From: a virus
DNA: 64,000 bases
Direction: 5' to 3' (one strand)
Virus record (IMG/VR): IMGVR_UViG_3300025853_000058
Coordinates: 1-64,000 of that record
The translations under genes were made by a program, and so were the position numbers. A model generated the notes under the pieces. That model made no database searches. It worked only from the letters and a program-made list of their open reading frames with translations, and was not told where the DNA came from. The stretch's first letter is position 1. Every line of letters starts with the position of its first letter. Shown piece after piece: positions 48,291-56,791 of the stretch.

Positions 48291-48767
48291 TCACTCTTCG
48301 GTTGTTTCCGAAGAAAGGAGCGAATTAACGCTTCCGTCCCATGTACCATCACGGTATAAAGACGAAAGTTTGTTTCGCATCTTCTTAGTTTGAGCAGATG
48401 CAAATTCGTCTGCATCTTCGTAAAGGCCGCCACCGGACTTGGTGTGCTTAAACGACAATGAGGCGATAATGCCATCATGGTTGTAATAAGCCATGTTTGC
48501 TTCATTCACAACACCGCAAATTCGGTCAATTGCGACACGAACGCTTGCTGGCACACTGCTTTTTTGTCCACGGCGGAACGGAGTTCCGTCACGACCCTTA
48601 AGGAGAGCCTTTAGCGCATTTTGCGCCGCTTCTCGCTCGTTGGGGTTTTCCTGTCCTACTTGGAGGTGCAATTCAACAACTTGTCGAAGTGCGGCATCCA
48701 ATGTTTCATCTGCTTCTAAATAATCGTTAATCTCTATAACTAGAGAGTCCCACTTTACTTGTTCCAT
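48291..48767 (-). CDS. Hypothetical protein, paralog of 49971-50486 (start re-called at MEQVKW)
   Basis: Own promoter and terminator; P.RRG..SS and WDG motifs. Confidence 0.7.
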   Translation of the reverse strand: MEQVKWDSLVIEINDYLEADETLDAALRQVVELHLQVGQENPNEREAAQNALKALLKGRDGTPFRRGQKSSVPASVRVAIDRICGVVNEANMAYYNHDGIIASLSFKHTKSGGGLYEDADEFASAQTKKMRNKLSSLYRDGTWDGSVNSLLSSETTEE

Positions 48768-48794
48768 ATTTTTTATCCTGCCCTGTTGGGCAAA

Positions 48795-48820
48795 CTCTCC
48801 AATGTCTGTGGGTATATAAA
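48795..48820 (-). promoter_or_regulatory. Promoter TTTATA-N5-ACAGACA-N-TGGAGAG
   Basis: Same architecture as 41658-41683. Confidence 0.6.
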
Positions 48821-49003
48821 CAAAGGCACTTTGAACCATTGGAATGAATACTACATCACAATGAATCAAATATTATCCTTTGACAGCAGGTTGATTGTGA
48901 CGAAAGCAAAAACGCCTCGTTTTTCTTGACTCAAGCATTAACAGCATCAAGTAAAGGCGTTTAATCACATATCTTCATATTTGATTTTGCGAAGTTGATA
49001 TTG

Positions 49004-49310
49004 TTCTCATCCGATATTCGCACCATTTGATAACAATAAACGGGGTACTGCGAGCCTATTTCTCAAATTCTCATTATTCTCATGGGGGTCCGGTAGGGGG
49101 GGGGGTAAGAGAGAGAGAACCCCCCCCCCAATGATATGATATGATAATAATGATAATATGATAATAATATAATTTCTTAGACTATCCTCCTTGCTTGTGG
49201 TCATAACCCTCTGTATTTTTTGAGGTTAGGATTCTCATGCTTGAGAAAGATAGTGAGAATTTGAAATTTTGCTAATATAGTATAGTATAGTTATATGATA
49301 TACAGTATAA
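49004..49310. repeat. Non-coding repeat region: TTCTCA/TGAGAA repeats, G10/C10 inverted runs and AT-rich microrepeats (candidate origin)
   Basis: TTCTCA at 49004, 49060, 49068, 49077, 49232; TGAGAA at 49242, 49254; G10 at 49096-49105; C10 at 49120-49129. Confidence 0.55.
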
Positions 49311-49433
49311 GGGCAATAGGAATCAATACTATGAAATCAATACGATTACTGGGTTAAATATATTGTACCCAAATGCTGCTTACTAAAGACTATGTAATTT
49401 GGTCGTGCTTTGATTCATGCGACCCCAAAAACC

Positions 49434-49476
49434 AAAAAAAATAGGAGAAAACCGGCCCGAAAGCCGATTTCCTCCT
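49434..49476 (-). terminator. Hairpin plus U-tract terminator
   Basis: GC-rich stem followed by a T-run after 49503-49805. Confidence 0.6.
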
Positions 49477-49502
49477 TTATCCACGCTTTTTGACGGTTAA
49501 TT

Positions 49503-49805
49503 TCACCACTCCACCTTGATTAGTGAGCCATCCCACAATTCGCCATTCAAATACCACTCAAAGTCTTTTTGAACAATGTTCACCATATTGAAACCGTTCA
49601 AGCGTTCCTTAGTTGTCACGGTTTGCCATCCAGCATCGCAAATCCACAATTCGCCGTGTGGGGTCATTTCAGCAATAACATTACCATGCAAATGAAGGAA
49701 TCTTCGCCCATGTGTAATTTGAACCCAAGTATTTCCGCGCTTGAATGGTTGATTGTTCCTAAAGGCTCTAATTGCATCTTCTGTTATCTTTCGCATTGTT
49801 TCCAC
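49503..49805 (-). CDS. Phage-type hypothetical protein
   Basis: MRKIT..GNT..LHGN.IA..GWQT.TTKERLN; own promoter and terminator. Confidence 0.65.
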   Translation of the reverse strand: METMRKITEDAIRAFRNNQPFKRGNTWVQITHGRRFLHLHGNVIAEMTPHGELWICDAGWQTVTTKERLNGFNMVNIVQKDFEWYLNGELWDGSLIKVEW

Positions 49806-49832
49806 TACTCCAATATTAACCTAATAATAAGG

Positions 49833-49867
49833 TTAAAACTGGGGTTTCCAAAGTATTACCATATGGT
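49833..49867 (-). promoter_or_regulatory. ACCATATGGT-anchored promoter, copy 1
   Basis: Minus strand ACCATATGGT-aata-CTTTGGAAACCCC-ag-TTTTAA. Confidence 0.65.
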
Positions 49868-49899
49868 ACTGCTTTGCGCCGCAGGTGTACCCCAAATCG

Positions 49900-49940
49900 A
49901 AAAAAAAACCCCTTCCAGCCCGTTTGGGCCGGAAAGGGGG
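49900..49940 (-). terminator. Hairpin plus U-tract terminator
   Basis: GC stem followed by T9 downstream of 49971-50486. Confidence 0.65.
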
Positions 49941-49970
49941 CGACACCGGCGAAAGCATCAATCACTCAAT

Positions 49971-50486
49971 TCACTCGGAGTCGGAAACCTCCGAGTTGTC
50001 GGTCTTTGGGGCAGGAAGAGCCATTCCTGTGAGATTGTCGCTGTTAAGCAACCCGTCCCAACGGTTGTCCTTGATTGCGGCCATCAACTTTCTTTTGACG
50101 GAAGCCGCTTGGTCTGCGGCCCATGATTCAATTGAATCATAGTGGCCGATTGAGTCACCTCGCTGGCGAGGGTGCATTACATCAAGAATGAGGTCTGCTT
50201 CACCAATTGAAGCAAAGGCATTCTCGATACGATTGATGACAGAATCCACACAGGCATTCATCTCCGCCGTGAGGCTGGATTGGATGCCTCGGCGAATCGG
50301 CGATTTTGGGAGTGTACCACACAATGAACGAACGGAAGCCCAAAACTTATCTCGGTCTTCATCGGTCGTCGCTGTCATTCCTGCTTGAAGTGTTGCTTCG
50401 ATAACCGGCCCAAGTGCGCCAGCATCATTATGTTCAAGCCAAGTTAAAATCTCGTTTGCTTTTGTTGCGTATTTTTGTTGTTCCAT
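49971..50486 (-). CDS. Hypothetical protein, paralog of 48291-48767
   Basis: MEQ start, PIRRGIQSS and RWDG motifs, acidic tail. Confidence 0.7.
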   Translation of the reverse strand: MEQQKYATKANEILTWLEHNDAGALGPVIEATLQAGMTATTDEDRDKFWASVRSLCGTLPKSPIRRGIQSSLTAEMNACVDSVINRIENAFASIGEADLILDVMHPRQRGDSIGHYDSIESWAADQAASVKRKLMAAIKDNRWDGLLNSDNLTGMALPAPKTDNSEVSDSE

Positions 50487-50565
50487 GTTTTTTCACCTGT
50501 CCTATTCGTTTGTGAACGAATGAGTGATGCTTCGCCGGTGAAGCACTCCTATGGTTGTAATAGGA

Positions 50566-50627
50566 CTATAAATGGGGTTACCAAAGTACAACCATATGGT
50601 TTAACTTTGAATACCCCGACTTTAACC
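50566..50627. promoter_or_regulatory. Bidirectional ACCATATGGT-anchored promoter, copy 2
   Basis: Palindrome at 50591-50600 with CTTTG...ACCCC...TTTA(T/A) on both sides facing divergent genes. Confidence 0.7.
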
Positions 50628-50654
50628 CTATTGTAATTATATGATTGAACAGGA

Positions 50655-50879
50655 GTGAAACCTATGATAGAAGCCCTACAAAGATACCTAAGCCAAGCAA
50701 TCAGCAACCTTCACATTATGAAGGCTGTTGAATTTGAATACGAAGATGAATACAACCCCGAACCGCCCATTTGGTACACGGATGAGTATTCGATGGAATA
50801 CTTCAAGATTGCCATGCAATTGGTCACTGATGAAGCATCTCGCCAATACCTTGAACACTACTACGGGGTGGAACAATGA
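50655..50879 (+). CDS. Hypothetical acidic protein
   Basis: First gene of a small plus-strand operon. Confidence 0.55.
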   Translation: MKPMIEALQRYLSQAISNLHIMKAVEFEYEDEYNPEPPIWYTDEYSMEYFKIAMQLVTDEASRQYLEHYYGVEQ

Positions 50880-51076
50880 GGACGAAGTATTCAATTAGTC
50901 ACTTTGGCGTTGAATTGTCAATCTTTGAAAGATTGATTGAATTTCATCCCAAAGGTGAATACCGTGACTTAGGAGACTCTTGCATTGTATTCAAACTTGA
51001 CCATACAGATGAATTTCAAGAAAGTTGGTTCATTGAAGATGTTGATGTTAAGGCATGGCGAGGTGAAGAAGAATGA
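50876..51076 (+). CDS. Hypothetical protein
   Basis: ATGA-coupled, ends GEEE. Confidence 0.55.
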   Translation: MRTKYSISHFGVELSIFERLIEFHPKGEYRDLGDSCIVFKLDHTDEFQESWFIEDVDVKAWRGEEE

Positions 51077-51149
51077 AGGAATGGATAACATGCAAAAGCG
51101 GAGAATGCTCAACTTGGTTCAATGGTTCATCAGTGGCCTTTGTTGACTC

Positions 51150-51404
51150 TTGGAGGAAACTCCAAACATTCTGCAAATGCGAGGTGAGCGAATGACTAAA
51201 ATTTGCGTTGAACATAACGGTGAATTTGACGATAACGACGGAAAGGACATTTGTAAGACTTGCGAAGATTGGTTGAGTGTGCCGGAGAAGTGTGCAATCT
51301 GCGAACTTGACGATTATCACGATTCGGAGCAATACATTTGCGATGATTGTTTTCGAGAGTTGGAGTCGTTGAAAGCCGACCAATTAGCATCGAGGTGGGA
51401 TTGA
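51150..51404 (+). CDS. Cys-rich zinc-finger protein
   Basis: Multiple CxxC motifs. Confidence 0.5.
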   Translation: MEETPNILQMRGERMTKICVEHNGEFDDNDGKDICKTCEDWLSVPEKCAICELDDYHDSEQYICDDCFRELESLKADQLASRWD

Positions 51405-51405
51405 A

Positions 51406-51624
51406 ATGGATTTTGGAACAGCAAAAGCATGGAAACAAATTAATTTGGCTCATGGTGAACACAAATACGAAAAGGTGTGGGTTGGAGGCCAGCGCACTGA
51501 TGATGCAATGATTATGTTTAGCGACTCCTATGGGGACATTTTGGTTGAAATCGTGTTCACTAACACAAGGGGTCCAAAATTCTTCACGATACCAATTGTG
51601 CATCAATTGATTGAGTTGGTTTGA
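51406..51624 (+). CDS. Hypothetical protein
   Basis: GAGGTG RBS, followed by a terminator. Confidence 0.55.
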   Translation: MDFGTAKAWKQINLAHGEHKYEKVWVGGQRTDDAMIMFSDSYGDILVEIVFTNTRGPKFFTIPIVHQLIELV

Positions 51625-51650
51625 GTTGGTTTAGGGCGTTTGATTGGGTA

Positions 51651-51687
51651 ATGGGGGTGGGGCTACGGCTCCGCCCCTATTTTTTTT
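51651..51687 (+). terminator. Hairpin plus U-tract terminator
   Basis: gggggtggggc-tacg-gctccgcccc followed by a T-run. Confidence 0.7.
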
Positions 51688-51707
51688 ACTGTTTCGAGGT
51701 TCATAAA

Positions 51708-51730
51708 TACCCAAAGTTGAACCATATGGT
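51708..51730. promoter_or_regulatory. ACCATATGGT palindrome, copy 3
   Basis: Minus strand ACCATATGGT-tcaa-CTTTGGGTA; lies between two terminators. Confidence 0.5.
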
Positions 51731-51779
51731 TGTAATACGGGGCTTTGCTGACATTCTTTACAAACTCAAAAAATGACAT

Positions 51780-51821
51780 AAAAAAAGACCCACACCCCGC
51801 CGAGGCGGGATGCAGGTCGGC
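51780..51821 (-). terminator. Hairpin plus U-tract terminator
   Basis: GC-rich stem then T7 downstream of 51867-52133. Confidence 0.6.
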
Positions 51822-51866
51822 TCTCGACCCCGCAGGGTCGTGTTTTCGTCAATTCGTCGAATTGAT

Positions 51867-52133
51867 TCACCAAGAGGTGTTCAACCGAGTCGTTTCGATG
51901 ATGTATCGAGGGTTGGCGACGGATTCAACTGCTTCGTTGAATTTATCTTTGTTTTTGCCACGAACGGTTCCGGTCATCTTTTGAACGGTTCTCATGATTT
52001 GGCGAACATGGGCCTTCATCATTCGATTGACTTCCTTTTGCGCTCCACTACGATTTTGGTAGGGGGTGGTTGAACAGTAGGCATCTTTGTTTTGTGTGTC
52101 AATTATCGTGTAAATTTCTCTCATCGGTTTCAC
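51867..52133 (-). CDS. Hypothetical basic protein
   Basis: Own promoter and terminator. Confidence 0.6.
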   Translation of the reverse strand: MKPMREIYTIIDTQNKDAYCSTTPYQNRSGAQKEVNRMMKAHVRQIMRTVQKMTGTVRGKNKDKFNEAVESVANPRYIIETTRLNTSW

Positions 52134-52155
52134 TCCAACACTATGACAACAATAC

Positions 52156-52192
52156 GGTTAAGTATTGGGGTTATCAAAGCATACCATATGGT
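52156..52192 (-). promoter_or_regulatory. ACCATATGGT-anchored promoter, copy 4
   Basis: Minus strand ACCATATGGT-atg-CTTTGATAACCCC-aata-CTTAACC. Confidence 0.65.
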
Positions 52193-52587
52193 TGTGGAAT
52201 AGATTATCTATATAGTTCTATGTAATGGAGTATATTAGCATTTGTTTTGATTATAATTCATTGATTCTATTGAAGTTTATCCTCTTCGTTTGGATAGTTT
52301 TGACTCATATTGAGTCTATTGCTATTTATATTTAGATAAACTATAGTATCTATATATATCTATGATATTGAGTCTATTGTCATATACTCCATCTACAACC
52401 ATATGGCTTTGCATAAATTTTTTATTTTTAATTAAGTTAATTGTTTTAGTTAATTTAATGCTTATTTAATGATAATAACTATCAATTAGAGTTAATTGAA
52501 CCATTAATACTAGCATAGATTAACTTGTAGCCCTCAAAAACGATACACTTAATACCTCACAGCAATAGCAATAGGCAGGGGAGTCCT

Positions 52588-52812
52588 ATGAGTAGTGAAG
52601 ATAGTGTATTAGAACAACTATCGTCCATTGTTGAATCTATTAACCCTATACTCGAAGATATACGAGCAAACTCATCAAAGCGTAATATACAGACTACTGA
52701 AGAGAATAAGGTTATATTGAGAGAAATAGCATACAAACTACGGTTATTAAAGAATGATGTTATTACTATCATGCACCCTAATAAAACAACACAAACAAAA
52801 CTATTCAATTAA
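52588..52812 (+). CDS. Hypothetical protein
   Basis: GGGGAG RBS, helical. Confidence 0.5.
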   Translation: MSSEDSVLEQLSSIVESINPILEDIRANSSKRNIQTTEENKVILREIAYKLRLLKNDVITIMHPNKTTQTKLFN

Positions 52813-52943
52813 GTATTATTAAAATAACTATTTTTAAACTGGGAATAGATAATAAAACAATTAAAAAAAAACGCTAGTCCCACAAAAATTCCGCCACAAT
52901 TTTTCAAAAACGACTTTTCATTAAATTTAATAGGGGATATAGC

Positions 52944-53195
52944 ATGAGTTGGAAAGATATACTTAAAGATGAAGGAAAAAGATATAGAACTCTTAATTCA
53001 GCCGAAACTCCTGACCCTGATGAAAAAGATAGATTTGAAATTGATGAAGGGGATTTTTGTATTAACTGTGGTAATGAATTAAAAGAAGATGAAGGATTTA
53101 CTAATACTAGACTTGGGCGAAAGTATGATGATATTTGTGATGCTTGTAAGCGTCTTTCCCCACATGACCCAAATTCGCCTTATCACGGGAGTTGA
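52944..53195 (+). CDS. WxxILK-leader protein with zinc finger
   Basis: Starts MSWKDILKD; CINC...CDAC. Confidence 0.65.
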   Translation: MSWKDILKDEGKRYRTLNSAETPDPDEKDRFEIDEGDFCINCGNELKEDEGFTNTRLGRKYDDICDACKRLSPHDPNSPYHGS

Positions 53196-53200
53196 GCAAT

Positions 53201-53461
53201 ATGACTTGGCAAAACATACTAAAAGAACTTACCCCTAAGCAGAAGAAATTAGACCGTAATAAAAACGGTGAAATTGATGGTGAGGACTTTGCCATGCTTA
53301 GAGAAGAAGGGGTTAATAAAGAAATGAAAACATTCGAGAAGGATAAGAACGAGGCTGCATCAGCAGCAAGTTTGTCCGATTTAAAGGAGCAATTAAAAGA
53401 TGCTCCTAAATACATTAAGACAGCATTAAACGAAATTGAAAGATATTTACAAGGTGAATGA
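53201..53461 (+). CDS. WxxILK-leader protein with EF-hand-like motif
   Basis: Starts MTWQNILKE; DRNKNGEIDGEDF. Confidence 0.65.
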   Translation: MTWQNILKELTPKQKKLDRNKNGEIDGEDFAMLREEGVNKEMKTFEKDKNEAASAASLSDLKEQLKDAPKYIKTALNEIERYLQGE

Positions 53462-53462
53462 T

Positions 53463-53780
53463 ATGACTTGGGATTATTACAACGAAGATACAGTAGAAAA
53501 AGGAATGAAAGATAAAGTAAAGGCATTAATCAAAAGAATGAAAGATGCTTCCTTTAAGAGAAAAATGAAGAAGTTCTTAAGAAATAATTTAATTGTAGAT
53601 TATAAGGGTGAGGGCTATAAGCACCCCGAAGGATATGTATTTAATAGAACTACTGATAGAGAACAGTCACTAACAGAAGCAAAGCAACTTCTTTTAAAAA
53701 TAGTAGAAGAATCATGGGATGAAACTTTTCCTGAAAGGAAAGTAGTCCAGCCCTATGATGATTCCGGCGGAGAACTCTAA
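53463..53780 (+). CDS. MTW-leader protein (divergent leader)
   Basis: Starts MTWDYY after the GGTGAATGATATG junction. Confidence 0.6.
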   Translation: MTWDYYNEDTVEKGMKDKVKALIKRMKDASFKRKMKKFLRNNLIVDYKGEGYKHPEGYVFNRTTDREQSLTEAKQLLLKIVEESWDETFPERKVVQPYDDSGGEL

Positions 53781-53793
53781 GGAAGTGAATGAT

Positions 53794-54228
53794 ATGACTT
53801 GGGAAGATATATTAAAAGTTAAAGACATGAATACCGGCGAAATGCTAAAGGTTGATATTGCAGAATTTGTTGCTGAATTAAAGTCTAATTTAAAAGATGC
53901 AGCGTTAGGATTTGAAGGATTAGTTGAATCTGGTAGAAAAGCCAGATTTGAAGTAAGAAAGGTTAATGGTAGTCAAACAAGACCACGACTTGACAATGAT
54001 GTTGGTTGTGGTGTTAGGATTATTGCAAGAAACTTAGGTGAAGAATTGATTAGGTATGATATACAAATTCGATTTGACCCTAGAGATACAACCAAAGGTA
54101 CTGTTGCATTAGTTAATGGTAATGAACTTAAATTGCTTATGAATGATGAAGTTAATGGAACCGGTGGTTTAACAAACAGAATTAAAGAAGCCATTAAGGA
54201 TTCAGTAAATAAAAGCCGGAGAGTTTAA
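53794..54228 (+). CDS. WxxILK-leader protein
   Basis: Starts MTWEDILKV. Confidence 0.65.
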   Translation: MTWEDILKVKDMNTGEMLKVDIAEFVAELKSNLKDAALGFEGLVESGRKARFEVRKVNGSQTRPRLDNDVGCGVRIIARNLGEELIRYDIQIRFDPRDTTKGTVALVNGNELKLLMNDEVNGTGGLTNRIKEAIKDSVNKSRRV

Positions 54229-54229
54229 T

Positions 54230-54931
54230 ATGACTTGGGAAGATATACTAAAAGCAGACTTCTCTTTTAGAGATGTAATTAAAAATTCAAGAGGCGTATA
54301 TGCTGGTATTTTTGACCGTATTCAAATGACACCCGACCTTAGCAAATTAGGCGGTGCGGTTTTAGGAGATGCTCTTAAAGTGCTTGAAGATATTGAAGGT
54401 ATGACTGTCGCTGATAAAAGAAAAGCGGCTGAAGTTGTTTTAATAGAACCTATGCTCATAGGTCTTGATATGATGAATGACCCTTCAATGGATAAAGAAC
54501 TTGACAATTTGATGGAAATGAGAGTGACACAAATAGTTGAAGATAAAGATAGTGAAGAAGAAGATGAAGCATTATCTCCAGAACAAATAGATACTATTCA
54601 ACAAATTGCTGATAAATCAGTAAATGCTGTTCGTGATGAAATGAAAGCATCTATTGATGAAACTCTTAGCAAAAAATTTGGAGAAGAATTACTTGGGGCC
54701 GAGAAACAAGAAGTGATGCAAGGTCTTACGGAAATAGTTTCAAGTAAAGAATTTGTAGGATATATCGCAGTATTGTTAAACGCTTTAATTATTAAAGTTG
54801 CTAACGAGTCAAGAGAAAAGGCAAAGGAATCGGATGATGAAGTTGAAGTTAATCCTGATGAAGACTTCCCACCATCTTTCTATGAAAGAGAAAGTACAAT
54901 GAAATCTTGGTTTGATAGTGTTAAGCGGTGA
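54230..54931 (+). CDS. WxxILK-leader acidic protein
   Basis: Starts MTWEDILKA; C-terminal KSWFDSVKR. Confidence 0.7.
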   Translation: MTWEDILKADFSFRDVIKNSRGVYAGIFDRIQMTPDLSKLGGAVLGDALKVLEDIEGMTVADKRKAAEVVLIEPMLIGLDMMNDPSMDKELDNLMEMRVTQIVEDKDSEEEDEALSPEQIDTIQQIADKSVNAVRDEMKASIDETLSKKFGEELLGAEKQEVMQGLTEIVSSKEFVGYIAVLLNALIIKVANESREKAKESDDEVEVNPDEDFPPSFYERESTMKSWFDSVKR

Positions 54932-55626
54932 TTTCCTTGTGGTGGGAGATTCTTAAAAATGCTAAGATTAGTGGTAAAGCCACTGGTCAAGGCAAATCTT
55001 TGGATGCTTCTAAAATTAAAATCAATATAGATAAAGAAGATTGCAATAAGAAATTAAAGGAACTTCAAAGGTTCTTAAAGTCTTATGGTACAAAAATTGA
55101 ATCTGTGTTAAAAAGAACAATAGAAAAAATTAACAAGGATAACCCCCCAACAAATAAAGAAACTAAAGAGGATAATATTTCTGGAACCGCCCCTCTAAGA
55201 TTTCATAAAGAGGTGGGGGAACATTATAAGGGAATGGTAGAATACAGAATTGCAACAAGAATTAATCGAAGTACTTTGCGTATTTTGGTATATTATGAAT
55301 ATAAGCCTATACCTGAAGAAATGGCTTGTAAATTAATAGACCTGTACAATTCGCCAGAATCAGATGATTTGAATATGAATTCAGATTATGAAAATGACCC
55401 CCACTTACACGCTCATCGTAAAAAAGGTAATTCAAGATTAAAGTATGATGCGCCTAGAGTGTTTTTGTCTGCCGGAGCATACTTTCCAGCAATACTGAAA
55501 TTAGGTGTTGAAATGAGTAATGGATATTTTTCAAATTATGATAATCAAGATGAACATCTTAAAGAAATATATGATGCTATTCGACTATTAGATGCTAGTA
55601 ATAAGATTGAGGCTATTCTTAGGTGA
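54928..55626 (+). CDS. Long-leader paralog 1
   Basis: WWEILKNAKISGKA...DASKIKINIDKEDC. Confidence 0.7.
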   Translation: MISLWWEILKNAKISGKATGQGKSLDASKIKINIDKEDCNKKLKELQRFLKSYGTKIESVLKRTIEKINKDNPPTNKETKEDNISGTAPLRFHKEVGEHYKGMVEYRIATRINRSTLRILVYYEYKPIPEEMACKLIDLYNSPESDDLNMNSDYENDPHLHAHRKKGNSRLKYDAPRVFLSAGAYFPAILKLGVEMSNGYFSNYDNQDEHLKEIYDAIRLLDASNKIEAILR

Positions 55627-56117
55627 TTTACTTGTGGTGGGAGATTCTTAAGAATGCCAAGTTGTCTGGAAAGGCAAAAGGTAAATCTTTTGATGCTTCT
55701 AAAATTAAGATTAATATTGATAAAAATGATTGTAAGGAAAGATTAAGAAAACTAATTTGGTTTAATACAACAGAACCAGCACCTAATAAATGGTTTCAAT
55801 CAGTTGGTAAAGCACCCTCACAGGGAAGTTATATGGTTAACACTCCATCATTTAATAAAATTCCTGAAAAAACAGCCTGCAATATATTACAAGCAATGAA
55901 ATCCATTGATTTAAATAATATAGAAGATAGTGAATTTGTAAGACAAGGGGAAGTATTACATAAAGATTTTAATGTAGGGGAAGGTTATGCGGTACATCTT
56001 GAAGTAGATGAAGAAGATAATGTTATTAGGTATTTCATTGGAGAAATTGGAATTACAGATGCCGCTTGGATTATGTTTTCTTTTTCCGACATTAAAAAAT
56101 GGATGGCTGCATTATGA
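55623..56117 (+). CDS. Long-leader paralog 2
   Basis: WWEILKNAKLSGKAKGKSFDASKIKINIDKNDC. Confidence 0.7.
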   Translation: MIYLWWEILKNAKLSGKAKGKSFDASKIKINIDKNDCKERLRKLIWFNTTEPAPNKWFQSVGKAPSQGSYMVNTPSFNKIPEKTACNILQAMKSIDLNNIEDSEFVRQGEVLHKDFNVGEGYAVHLEVDEEDNVIRYFIGEIGITDAAWIMFSFSDIKKWMAAL

Positions 56118-56791
56118 ATTGGTGGGACATACTCAAGAACGCCAAACTTAGCGGTAAGGCTAAGGGTAAAGGTACTTCTTTCGATGCTTCTAAGATTAAG
56201 ATTAATATTGATGAAGATGATAAATGTAATAAGAAACTTCAAGAGTGGGCAAATAAATTAAAGAATTATACTTTGTTAATGGAAATGCGCTTTAAAAGAA
56301 TGAAACTTCTTCAAAAACATTTTGAAATTGTGGAAGACACATCTTCATCCTTGAAAGGAGTTGAATTAAAACAAAAAAAGACTAGTCAAAAATATATCTA
56401 TGAAGGTATAATGGTGGGCTTACATGAGAGTGTTAGGTTTCTCTACAATCCTGTACCTGAAGAGGTCGCTTGTAAAGCAATTGATATGCTTAAAAAATCT
56501 ACAACAATTGATGACTACGATGTAGACAATAGTTCGATTGATGCTAAAGGATTGCCTTATTTAATTAGTGTAGTAAATAGGCAGACATATGCAAGCAATC
56601 TGTGTGGATTGTCTATTAGTGTTCAAGGAAAGATATTAGTTTCGCTTTCTTGGAGTAATGGAAAAAATCTTGTTACTGGAACTAATGAATTTAATAGGGA
56701 CTTAAAGAGTGATAGTGATAAGAATAAGAATGTCTATCATTTATCTGGATATTATGAAGCAGGGAAATTTGGATATAGTTGGTGGAAGTAA
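56114..56791 (+). CDS. Long-leader paralog 3
   Basis: MNWWDILKNAKLSGKAKGKGTSFDASKIKINID. Confidence 0.7.
   Translation: MNWWDILKNAKLSGKAKGKGTSFDASKIKINIDEDDKCNKKLQEWANKLKNYTLLMEMRFKRMKLLQKHFEIVEDTSSSLKGVELKQKKTSQKYIYEGIMVGLHESVRFLYNPVPEEVACKAIDMLKKSTTIDDYDVDNSSIDAKGLPYLISVVNRQTYASNLCGLSISVQGKILVSLSWSNGKNLVTGTNEFNRDLKSDSDKNKNVYHLSGYYEAGKFGYSWWK

Noticed and set aside
49007-49204. 65-aa ORF in the track
   Set aside because: Translation of low-complexity runs (IIII, GGGG, PPP).
49569-50388. Plus-strand ORFs 49569-50126, 49885-50142 and 50188-50388
   Set aside because: Antisense to genes with clear promoters and terminators; two cross a terminator hairpin.
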